Origin: an uncultured cyanobacterium
GTDB lineage: Bacteria; Cyanobacteriota; Cyanobacteriia; Cyanobacteriales; CAWUOF01
Assembly: GCA_963744145.1 (NCBI GenBank)
Contig: CAVUSO010000001.1
Location: 3,424,001 to 3,488,000 of the forward strand
DNA: 64,000 bases
Reading direction: 5' to 3'
The notes under the pieces were generated by a model. It was not told the DNA's origin and did no database searches. It saw only the letters and a list, made by a program, of their open reading frames with translations. Of the stretch, positions 21,095 to 29,754 are shown piece after piece (the first letter of the stretch is position 1; each line of letters starts with the position of its first letter). The position numbers and the translations under genes are program-made.

Positions 21095-22270
21095 TTAATT
21101 TGCAAGATTGTTCACACCAAATTCAAGCTGTGCAACCGGGACGGTAGAATTGGTTTTTAGCGATCGCCTGGCTAATTTAGCATAAGTTTTTACCGTTTCA
21201 TAGGGTATTTCTAAGTCAATGGCGATCGCTTGTAAAGACTCTCCTAACTCTCGTCTTGCTGTGATCGTTGCCCAAATTTCGGCAATCTCACTAGCGCGAT
21301 TTCCCCCCGTTCGTTTTCTCTGTGCTATAAACATTTCAGTTAAATAAGCAATTCTGGTTGCTAAAATATCCTGTAAATTTGAAGAGGTCGAAACAGGTTC
21401 TTCATTTAACCATCCCAAACGAGTTTGTCCTAATCCAAAAGTGGTTTTATGTCCTGTACCGCAATAGGGAGCAAAATTCACCAAAGCATAGAAAAGCTGG
21501 ACAAATTCTACTTGTTTAAAAGCTGCACGAGTTAAGTTTAATTCGATCGCACCTGTAAATCCTGTCACCATTCCGACTTTTCCTGCTGCAACCTTCACCG
21601 ACTCTAAGCGATAACGAGAAATTAATACTTCTTCCTCTACCCATGTTAAAAATTTTTCTTGGTCAAAGGGAATACCAGAAAAATCATTCCAGCGTCGCAA
21701 ATAACTGTGAAAAACATTATTGGGTACAGGTAAGGGAAAATGATGTTTTTTGCGACGAAAGCTAGTCGGGGTTTGAAAACTGAGTTGAACAGAAATACGC
21801 TGAGGGAGTTGAGCTGTAAATAAATGATTATAGGTGATAGGTCTCAACGCAATTTGACAGGAGCGAATTAGTAAAGGTGCATTCCGCAAGTCTATTTGTG
21901 AGGGTAAATTTTTTACCCATTGGGTTAACCATTGTACTAATCGTAAAGAAAAAGCAGTAACATACCAGCGATAAATGCAATTAGGTTGCAGTTGAAAATC
22001 TTTTCCAGATGAAAGCAAATCCCCTTCTAAACTGGAGATAGTAAAAGGTTTTTCCGATTGACTGTCGTGCAAATAAGCAGATAATTCTGGGTCGGAAGAA
22101 CGTACTTGAGCTAAAAACCAAGCGTGCAAACCAATTGTGTACTGAGCATAAAGATAGTCAGGTCCGCAAGGTGATAGTTCAAAAACTAACCCAATGATCT
22201 CAGTGTCAGGAGACCAGGTAAGTTCAGATGGAGCAGAAGGTTGATTTTTGGAGGAGCTAGTTATAGCCAT
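21095..22270 (-). CDS. cas6: CRISPR endoribonuclease Cas6 with C-terminal HTH extension
   Basis: Motifs KPFTIS, FQTPTSF and GFTG, the G-rich loop CGTGHKTTFGLG, and an extra C-terminal GESLQAIAIDLEIPYETVKTY HTH. Confidence 0.92.
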   Translation of the reverse strand: MAITSSSKNQPSAPSELTWSPDTEIIGLVFELSPCGPDYLYAQYTIGLHAWFLAQVRSSDPELSAYLHDSQSEKPFTISSLEGDLLSSGKDFQLQPNCIYRWYVTAFSLRLVQWLTQWVKNLPSQIDLRNAPLLIRSCQIALRPITYNHLFTAQLPQRISVQLSFQTPTSFRRKKHHFPLPVPNNVFHSYLRRWNDFSGIPFDQEKFLTWVEEEVLISRYRLESVKVAAGKVGMVTGFTGAIELNLTRAAFKQVEFVQLFYALVNFAPYCGTGHKTTFGLGQTRLGWLNEEPVSTSSNLQDILATRIAYLTEMFIAQRKRTGGNRASEIAEIWATITARRELGESLQAIAIDLEIPYETVKTYAKLARRSLKTNSTVPVAQLEFGVNNLAN

Positions 22271-22350
22271 AGCCCTAATTAGGTAAAATTAATGGCTATT
22301 ATAACCCATTTCCATCCCCTAATGGGAATTTATTCGCGACAATAATTCTT

Positions 22351-23145
22351 TTAAACAATAGATCGCACAATCCCACCTTCAACTCGTAGTGCAGCCCCAT
22401 TGATAGCAGATGCTAAAGGACTGACCACAAATGCAACTAAATCTGCAACTTCAGATGTTGATGCAAATCGCTGAATTAGTGAAGAGGGACGGGTTTTTTC
22501 AAAAAACTCTTTTTCAATTTGTTGGACTGAAATATTCTGCTCCTTAGCTAATCCTTGGATAAAGTCTTCTACTCCTTCAGAACGGGTCGGACCAGGTAAG
22601 ACTGAATTAACTGTAACATTGGTTCTGATTGTGGTTTCAGCTAAACCACGAGCGAGGGATAATTGAGCTGTTTTTGTCACACCATAATGAATCATTTCCG
22701 ATGGAATATTTAATGCTGATTCACTAGAAATAAAGACGATGCGTCCCCAATTTTTTCTCAACATCAGTGGTAAATAGTGACGAGAGAGTCTGACACCGCT
22801 CAGAACATTAACTTCCCAGAAATTTATCCATTCTTCATCTGAAATATCTGTAAAAGCTTTGGTCCCATAAATACCCAGGTTGTTCACTAAAATGTCAACC
22901 TCTGGAAGCTGTTGGAATAGTTCCTTAGCTCCCGTTTGAGTACCTAAATCAGCAGCTATTCCTTGCAGTTGAGCAGTTGGGACAGTTTGTTTGATCTGGT
23001 CAATTGCTGTATTGACTCGTGCTTGAGTACGTCCATTGACGATCACATTTGCTCCTTCTTGAGCAAGAGTTGTGGCGATCGCTAACCCAATTCCTGCTGT
23101 TGAACCGCTTACTAGTGCTACTTTGTTGGTCAGTTGAAGATCCAT
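22351..23145 (-). CDS. Short-chain dehydrogenase/reductase (SDR)
   Basis: Rossmann motif SGSTAGIG, LVNNLG, catalytic YGVTK and NSVLPG; RBS gaggt upstream. Confidence 0.92.
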   Translation of the reverse strand: MDLQLTNKVALVSGSTAGIGLAIATTLAQEGANVIVNGRTQARVNTAIDQIKQTVPTAQLQGIAADLGTQTGAKELFQQLPEVDILVNNLGIYGTKAFTDISDEEWINFWEVNVLSGVRLSRHYLPLMLRKNWGRIVFISSESALNIPSEMIHYGVTKTAQLSLARGLAETTIRTNVTVNSVLPGPTRSEGVEDFIQGLAKEQNISVQQIEKEFFEKTRPSSLIQRFASTSEVADLVAFVVSPLASAINGAALRVEGGIVRSIV

Positions 23146-23197
23146 ACTCTACCTCAAAACAGACAATTAGATCACTTAATCTTAGCAGTTATTGAGT

Positions 23198-23839
23198 TTA
23201 AGTTTGACACTGAATTTTTTTAATACTGCCATCTTCTTTGAGTTCCGTTACCTTGACTTTAACTATCTGTTCCACGGATAAATCTTTGGATTTTTTTGGC
23301 TCTTTCTGAGTTAGCTTAATCGTTTCCAGCATGGTATAGGTGACTTTATTTCCTTGAATATTGGTCACTTTTGCATCTAGGATTTGTTCTAACTGAAATT
23401 GCTGAGTCTGAACAACCTCATTAATTTCTGACTGACGTGCTGAGATGGGTGGAGTAGATGATGCAATATTTGATTCTGTCATCCCACCGACAGCACCACC
23501 TGATTTATAATAACGCATCATCCTTACTACCCAACCCAAAATTTGCAGCATAGTAGGTACGTCATTCTGATAGATTTGCAAGTGTTGCTTGCAAGCTTTT
23601 TCTATACTTTGATAATATTCAAAAGTCCTGCTACTATGCCCAATAGATTTACCATATTTTACCAAATTTTTTAGATAATCAAAAAATTTTGTTCCTGCCT
23701 TTTCTTGATGACCATAACTTCGCAGATAACCCAGAATTTTTCCTAATTCGTTAGCATCTGTACCCTCATTAGCTAACATCTGAGCCATCGCATAAATAGT
23801 TTGCCACTGCTTTTCGTTGAGAGATTCTGTTGTTTGCAT
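23198..23839 (-). CDS. CRISPR-associated hypothetical protein (helical N-domain plus OB/S1-like C-domain)
   Basis: Starts immediately after the stop of the last RAMP gene. It has a helical N-terminus (ILGWVVRMMRYY) and a beta-rich C-terminus (LDAKVTNIQGNKV...QIVKVKVTEL). Confidence 0.65.
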   Translation of the reverse strand: MQTTESLNEKQWQTIYAMAQMLANEGTDANELGKILGYLRSYGHQEKAGTKFFDYLKNLVKYGKSIGHSSRTFEYYQSIEKACKQHLQIYQNDVPTMLQILGWVVRMMRYYKSGGAVGGMTESNIASSTPPISARQSEINEVVQTQQFQLEQILDAKVTNIQGNKVTYTMLETIKLTQKEPKKSKDLSVEQIVKVKVTELKEDGSIKKIQCQT

Positions 23840-24898
23840 TTAGTACATTCCTTCTGGAGGTTCTCGATCAGTTGGCCATTTTAGCACTTCTTTTAATTCT
23901 TCCATTTGTAGCGATCGCACCAGTTGACGATGTGCCGATTGAATTGATTCTTGCATAAATTGTTGTAATTTAATATCAGTCAGAGCATCAAGTTCGGATT
24001 GGTAAGAAGTATAGCGATCGCGCCAACTGACTGGCTGTTGAATTTCCTTTATTTCTACTTCTACAGTTCCCATTCCAATCGGTTTACCACCTCCTATCTT
24101 TAAAGCGATCGAATTATTTGGTTTATCTTGTCCTAGCGCAATTAATAGAGTTCCCAACTCAGCTTTAGTTAAATTCATAAAACGGATCTGAGTGGTAAAA
24201 ATAAATTCTCTACCTGCTTGCTGGACTGCAATTCCTTTCTGTTGCCCTTTGTCAACTGAGCGAATCGTATGATAATAAAATTTCCGTCCAGCGACTTTGC
24301 CATTTATATAGTAACCAGGACGTTGCTTTTCCGGCATATACAAAGAAGGAATAAACCCCACATTTGATTTAGCCTCAGTTGCAACAGCATCAGCAAAATG
24401 AATCAATCCTTGCCAATTCATTGCCCCAAATACTTGACAAGCAGGACAGAGTTTATTTTGATCTTTACATTCATTATATCCAGCAGGGATGCTATTTCTA
24501 TCCGCCTTAGTTTTACACAAGCAACTTTGGGTGATTGCTTCGTAAATTGAACGCACTACTCCTTTTAAAGAACTACCAGGAATAATTAGCTTTTGGTTTT
24601 GCTGAACAGAGGTTTTAATCAAAGGTATATTTCTTTTTTCGCTAGATAAATCGCTACCCATTGCTACTGTTCCAGACCCAATAAAAGCAGTAGTTTTAAC
24701 CTTTAAATTTAGATTAATTTTGCCACTGTAGCGATCGCTCTTAAACTTCTCCTGTCCCGCTGGTTTATCTCGATTTGGTGCAGTTTGAGGTAAGGAAATC
24801 AACTTATAGGGTTTATCCACAGAATCCTGCTCGACTGAAACTATTTGATTCGGTCGTTTTGGTGATTCAACTCGTCGAGGTGGTAGAGGTGTAGTCAT
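23840..24898 (-). CDS. Type III-D Cas7-group RAMP protein
   Basis: Motifs IPGSSLKGVVRS, LCPACQVFG, GRKFYYH and IGGGKPIGMG. Confidence 0.9.
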   Translation of the reverse strand: MTTPLPPRRVESPKRPNQIVSVEQDSVDKPYKLISLPQTAPNRDKPAGQEKFKSDRYSGKINLNLKVKTTAFIGSGTVAMGSDLSSEKRNIPLIKTSVQQNQKLIIPGSSLKGVVRSIYEAITQSCLCKTKADRNSIPAGYNECKDQNKLCPACQVFGAMNWQGLIHFADAVATEAKSNVGFIPSLYMPEKQRPGYYINGKVAGRKFYYHTIRSVDKGQQKGIAVQQAGREFIFTTQIRFMNLTKAELGTLLIALGQDKPNNSIALKIGGGKPIGMGTVEVEIKEIQQPVSWRDRYTSYQSELDALTDIKLQQFMQESIQSAHRQLVRSLQMEELKEVLKWPTDREPPEGMY

Positions 24899-25356
24899 GG
24901 TTGTATAGTAAGCGCGATAAAATGGGTAGTTGCAGTCTGTTCATCAATAAAGTATCTTTGACCGATTTTAACATCTTGATAAGAAAATTCTTGAGGAAAT
25001 CTGGTTTCATTAGAACGATACAAATGAGCTGAACGATCAATAGTTGTCCAACTACTACCAAGTTGTGCAAATCCCCATTCAGATTCAGGGTTAATTGTGC
25101 TAAGAAGTAAAACATCATAGCCAGATTTTCTTTGTTTCCAGCGTAGCTCAAATTGGTAATTAAACATCTGTCCTTCCGGACTAGGAAACTCAGTTATTTG
25201 ATGAACAATACCGCTAACTTTGTGAGGCCATCGGAGAAAATAATAACTGGATTGAGATCCTGTTTCTAGTAACTGTTTAAGTTCATCTGATGAAGAAACT
25301 TGTCTTACTCCAACAAAAGGATTCATGCTACCTTTTCCTCCAATTTTTTGCGCCAA
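24895..25356 (-). CDS. csx19: Type III-D Csx19 (all1473-like) protein
   Basis: Motif PEGQMFNYQFELRWK and position between RAMP genes. The likely start is ATG at 25326, overlapping the upstream stop. Confidence 0.7.
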   Translation of the reverse strand: MAQKIGGKGSMNPFVGVRQVSSSDELKQLLETGSQSSYYFLRWPHKVSGIVHQITEFPSPEGQMFNYQFELRWKQRKSGYDVLLLSTINPESEWGFAQLGSSWTTIDRSAHLYRSNETRFPQEFSYQDVKIGQRYFIDEQTATTHFIALTIQP

Positions 25357-26276
25357 GCTGCCACTGCTCGCATAAACAAATCTTTTACCCGTTCAGTTCC
25401 TTGCCAAGATAATCGTACCCCAAAACCCAAATCCATTAATTCACCACCAACAGGTGTTTCTTCGATATCATTAGCAGGAAAACCATATTTTTTACGTTCA
25501 TCTTCTTCTAGAAAAGCTCCCGCACCTATTAACATAGTATGAGACCATTTTTTTTCACTTCCTAGTTGACAAATTTGCTGATTTTCCAGAATGCAACCTG
25601 GATATTGAACAACCCCTGAGTTTAATTTTATTTCCACTAAACCCATCCCGCGAGACTTGGCAAAACCTAAACTAAACCAACCATCATTTAAGTCTCGCAA
25701 CACTAACCCAATCAGTCCTAATTGAGCCAGGGAGAAGTTTTTTAGATGGATTTTGGTGTTAAATTCGCCAGCGGTACAAACTTGATAGTTAAATGGTCCT
25801 ACTGCTACCGAACCAAATACTCGGTCAATTGCTACACCGTTCCGTTCTTCTATTTTAAGTTGCTTTGAGTCAACCGGATAAGCATCTTGAATTCTCACTC
25901 GACTAGCAATTGAGGTATTACCAAACATTTGGTCAGTAAAAGAAGAAAGTCGGTAGATGTCAGAAGAATCAGCGATCGCATCCAGGTATTTATAATCATC
26001 TAGATTGAGAGGATTACTAGCCCAAACAACATCAGGGTTAGTGGGACGCTTGTCTTTACCTACAGTTCTCACAATTCTCTCAGCATGAGCGCGAATGGCA
26101 CCTTTAAGAGAACTACCAGGTAAATAAATTGAGCGTCCTCCTGCATGGTATGTTTCGACAAATTCCATATCTGGTTTAGTAGGATCAGCTCCTTCTTTGC
26201 CAGATTTAATTAAAATCGGGCCGCAAGGTATGATGCTTAAGTCGATCGTACAGTGATTAACAAATCTTTTGTGCAT
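25323..26276 (-). CDS. Cas7/Csm3-group RAMP protein
   Basis: Motifs YLPGSSLKGAIRAHAE, RNGVAIDR and LGFAKSRGMG. Confidence 0.9.
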   Translation of the reverse strand: MHKRFVNHCTIDLSIIPCGPILIKSGKEGADPTKPDMEFVETYHAGGRSIYLPGSSLKGAIRAHAERIVRTVGKDKRPTNPDVVWASNPLNLDDYKYLDAIADSSDIYRLSSFTDQMFGNTSIASRVRIQDAYPVDSKQLKIEERNGVAIDRVFGSVAVGPFNYQVCTAGEFNTKIHLKNFSLAQLGLIGLVLRDLNDGWFSLGFAKSRGMGLVEIKLNSGVVQYPGCILENQQICQLGSEKKWSHTMLIGAGAFLEEDERKKYGFPANDIEETPVGGELMDLGFGVRLSWQGTERVKDLFMRAVAAWRKKLEEKVA

Positions 26277-26335
26277 ATAGCGAGTCTCGGATTGTTCGTG
26301 AACAGGTTTTTTTGAACGAACTACAGAGGTGCAGA

Positions 26336-26463
26336 AGTTGAGTTAAGTGTAGGGGTGAAGCATTCGGGCGACAATTGAGCGATAAAACCAGTAATATTAT
26401 ATCCGAATGCTTCACCCTTCTTCGGCCCAGATCCCCAAAAACATTCTTAACTGAACCGTATTG
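26336..26463. mobile_element. MITE-like element with an IS4-type terminal repeat and REP-like core, inside the cas operon
   Basis: Right end cttaactgaaccgtattg matches the IS4 TIR at 47085-47102 with 1 mismatch. The core gtaggggtgaagcattcgg...ccgaatgcttcaccct matches 59590-59686 in reverse. Confidence 0.65.
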
Positions 26464-26493
26464 TTTTATATCTCAGTTAGATTTGCTATAGCT

Positions 26494-27348
26494 TTAACTA
26501 ACAGAGGTTTCAGTAGCAGAATGGGGAAGGATTTCTTGTCTTAAATAGGTAATAAGCGTTTCTGTCCATTTCTTTCGCAAAATATCTTGCTGTTCAGAAT
26601 CACACTGATAGGATTTTATTTCTCCATTAATTAAATCCTGTAGATATGTCAACAATCGTTTTGGGTTATCTTCAGTGTCAAACCACTGCATTTGATTAAT
26701 TTCTAATTTCACTACACCTAAACCGCGCGATCGCCCACCTCCTAGCGGAATTTGTTCAGTTTCAAATTGATATAACCCAATCATCAATAAACCTAATTCC
26801 CGTTCTTCTGCATTTTCTACCACAGCTCGAAACTGAAAACGTATTCCTGCTGGAACAACTTGGAAATCATAGAGTTTTCCATCACCAGCAGTTTCTGTAT
26901 CCCGTTCGATCGCTACACCATCTCGTTCTTGATATTGACCAAACCAATCTTCTGGTAAAACTGTTAAGTCTCGGACTTGAAATTTACTAGCTAACCAGGG
27001 AGTACCAAATAAGAGGGAAACTATATCTGTATGCTCAATCAGAGCTTTAGTGAAATCATCGTCATTATCTGTCTCTTCCTTCAATTTATTGATTTCATTC
27101 ATCCTTTCTATGAAATTAGCCGGATCTTCTGCAAGTCTGATATCGATACCACGCAAAAAACTTTCCAAACGCGATCGCAATGCTCCCTTAAAACTAGATC
27201 CTGGAATCAAAGGTCGTCCCAAAGCATCTTTAATTACTGGTAAATCTGATCCAATTGGTTCACTAGAACGACCTGCGCTAATTCTTAGTGCGGTTACAGT
27301 CAAGAGAGTACCGCTTATTTCTAGCCGATTTTTAAAAGTATCAAACAT
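26494..27348 (-). CDS. Cas7/Csm3-group RAMP protein (Csx7-like)
   Basis: Motifs IPGSSFKGALRS, RDGVAIERDT, LYDFQVV and LGGGRSRGLG. Confidence 0.9.
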   Translation of the reverse strand: MFDTFKNRLEISGTLLTVTALRISAGRSSEPIGSDLPVIKDALGRPLIPGSSFKGALRSRLESFLRGIDIRLAEDPANFIERMNEINKLKEETDNDDDFTKALIEHTDIVSLLFGTPWLASKFQVRDLTVLPEDWFGQYQERDGVAIERDTETAGDGKLYDFQVVPAGIRFQFRAVVENAEERELGLLMIGLYQFETEQIPLGGGRSRGLGVVKLEINQMQWFDTEDNPKRLLTYLQDLINGEIKSYQCDSEQQDILRKKWTETLITYLRQEILPHSATETSVS

Positions 27349-27384
27349 GATTAATCATCTCAATCAATAAAATTAGTAGGGTTT

Positions 27385-27798
27385 TTAATTCACTTTTTTC
27401 TCTGAGGGATTCAAATACTTTAGATAACGAGCGCCATAACCAAGATAACGACGAATTAGTTCTACCCAGATTCGCTTTAGTTCACTTTTTTGATTAGGAT
27501 CGACGATTTCTCCAGCTTTTTCTTTAATTTTCCTATCAATATCATCGATAATTTTCTGCGCTAACGAGTCTTTTCCTCTGCCCCATTTATCATCTCTACC
27601 TACTTGATAACATAGAAAATTTTTAATTACTTCAGGACTATCTGTTGTTTCCGAAACTCGCAGCAGATTACGAAATTGAGATTCTTCTAATTTACCATAG
27701 GATTTTTTGTTGTCCAATGCTGCTTGAATCCATACAACTAGATCATCTTCTGCTTGGCGAATTCCTTTTTGAATTTTCAATTGATCTGTCATATTCAT
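27385..27798 (-). CDS. Type III small subunit (Cas11/Csm2-like)
   Basis: 137-aa helical protein with SQFRNLL...NFLCYQVGR; canonical position after csx10. Confidence 0.75.
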   Translation of the reverse strand: MNMTDQLKIQKGIRQAEDDLVVWIQAALDNKKSYGKLEESQFRNLLRVSETTDSPEVIKNFLCYQVGRDDKWGRGKDSLAQKIIDDIDRKIKEKAGEIVDPNQKSELKRIWVELIRRYLGYGARYLKYLNPSEKKVN

Positions 27799-29033
27799 AC
27801 CGCACTCTCCCTAAATACTAAATGAAAGTCATTACAAACTTGAACCTGCCCAAATCCTTCTGCATTTCGTTCTCCCACTCCCCAGATTTCCAAATTATCT
27901 AAAGCTTTAATCCAAGATTCTTTCTGGGTGGTACTGAAGAAATATACAGCACCTTGATTAGTAATTAATTCGCTATCTTTCATTAATCCCCATGCAGAAT
28001 TCCAGCCAGAAAGATAATCGTAACTGCTATAAGCAATATGTAATTTTAAAGACGAGTCGTCTAGATTAGCAAACTGCTTTAACATTGCTTCAGAAATAAC
28101 GGTAGTACGTCGCCATTGTTCTGTTAAGATAGCATCAGACTGTAAATCGAGGGTAAAATAAGTACGTTCTTGACGTATATCTTGATCAGGTTTATCAAAA
28201 ATATTCTCCCACTTTTGCCATCGTTCTTTTAGTTTTTCATTGAATTTATTGATTCGATTCTCAACTGTGTCAGCAACAAGGTTTTTATTTGTTGTAATTT
28301 TAACTTTACCTAATCCTCTTGATGTTGATCCACCTAATCGGAAAGAATGAGAATCTATGAAGCTAGTCAGATGATTGGCTAATTCCTCATCTTCTACTAA
28401 AATTCTCCCGCGATATGTAGCAGATTTTTCTTTGTTACTTTCAAATTCATTTAATACCTCAATGCTGTAAAGTACCTGGTCTTCAGCAGTAGCGCGATCG
28501 CGGTTAATTCCTACTCTTGTCAACAAACGAGTGCTAATTGAAGGTTGACGGTAATGTTGATGGTAATTTTCATCAATCCGGGAATAAAAACCTGTATATG
28601 GTTCTACTCTTCCTCCATCTTTCGGACAATTTGGATCATAAGGATGATCATAGCATTCAGCACAGAAACGGTCAATTAAAGTATCAAAAACACCATTGTT
28701 TTTACTACAAATAGGATTAAATCCAGGATTAGTTTTAGAACTAACTGCTGTAGCTGGTAAAACTAAAACATCTTCAGGAAATGCTTGCTGATCTAGTTTA
28801 GCGATCGCGGGATAAGCGTTTTGAAAAATTGCTGGGCGATCGCTCAAAAATAAATCATAAAAATCATCATCCGGTTCAGGTTGATTTGATTGTTTGAGAA
28901 TCTTAGCCGCGATCGCACCTCGAATCACGGAACCAGGAATATAATTCTTTACTTCACTAATCGAACCTCCAGGTTTTTGCCGCCCAATCGCTAAGGGAGA
29001 GAGGGTTTCAATTTTGAGGTCAATTTTATACAT
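27795..29033 (-). CDS. csx10: Type III-D Cas5-group RAMP protein Csx10
   Basis: Motifs YIPGSVIRGAIA, TRVGINR, LGGSTSRGLG and GVGERNAEGFGQ. Confidence 0.88.
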   Translation of the reverse strand: MYKIDLKIETLSPLAIGRQKPGGSISEVKNYIPGSVIRGAIAAKILKQSNQPEPDDDFYDLFLSDRPAIFQNAYPAIAKLDQQAFPEDVLVLPATAVSSKTNPGFNPICSKNNGVFDTLIDRFCAECYDHPYDPNCPKDGGRVEPYTGFYSRIDENYHQHYRQPSISTRLLTRVGINRDRATAEDQVLYSIEVLNEFESNKEKSATYRGRILVEDEELANHLTSFIDSHSFRLGGSTSRGLGKVKITTNKNLVADTVENRINKFNEKLKERWQKWENIFDKPDQDIRQERTYFTLDLQSDAILTEQWRRTTVISEAMLKQFANLDDSSLKLHIAYSSYDYLSGWNSAWGLMKDSELITNQGAVYFFSTTQKESWIKALDNLEIWGVGERNAEGFGQVQVCNDFHLVFRESAV

Positions 29034-29754
29034 TAACTTTCTCCAATAATAACATATCCCAAACAGTAGTTTCTAGATTTTCTTTTGGTAATTCCCAATG
29101 GAGCCATCCCAAACCTCCTGATTTACTACCACCTAAAGCGTGGATATGATGAAATGCTGCTAAAAGTAATGCTTTCGTATAGGGAGGACAACCAGATTGG
29201 AGATGAATTGCACCCTCAAATCTCAATTGAGCATTAGCTGGAGAAGTTTCTAGTAGGAATAACTTTTGGTCTTCTGCGGTGCGACGACGACGGTTAATAG
29301 TCACCCTAGAACGCACCACTTCAGGAATATCATTGGGATCTGTTGTACAGATGAGATCGTCAAACAATAAACGAGAAGATAACGCAGGATTACCAAACAT
29401 CTGACAAACAAAACAGTGATAGCGTTGATCACCAGACACCTGATAGGTTTCACGCTGAAACTTTATCGCTTCTATTTCTACTAAACCTGCTCTTTGAGGG
29501 CACATTCTTTGCGGATTAGGAGACTGACAAACTGGCAATTTCAAACCTCTTAGTAATTTTTCACACTCATGACGTACACGACCTTTAAGTTGAGAAGCAG
29601 GAATTAATAATTTTTCGTTAGCAGTGCGAACGATAGTTTTATCAGCAAGTGAGCCAGATGAACCACCTGCACCCACACACAAAGCTGTATCAATTATAGC
29701 GGCGATCGAAATAGTTTCGACTTGATTTTCTAGCAAATTTTGTAATTGAATCAT
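29026..29754 (-). CDS. Cas7/Csm3-group RAMP protein
   Basis: Motifs IPASQLKGRVRH, CFVCQMFG and LGGSKSGGLG. Confidence 0.9.
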   Translation of the reverse strand: MIQLQNLLENQVETISIAAIIDTALCVGAGGSSGSLADKTIVRTANEKLLIPASQLKGRVRHECEKLLRGLKLPVCQSPNPQRMCPQRAGLVEIEAIKFQRETYQVSGDQRYHCFVCQMFGNPALSSRLLFDDLICTTDPNDIPEVVRSRVTINRRRRTAEDQKLFLLETSPANAQLRFEGAIHLQSGCPPYTKALLLAAFHHIHALGGSKSGGLGWLHWELPKENLETTVWDMLLLEKVNV

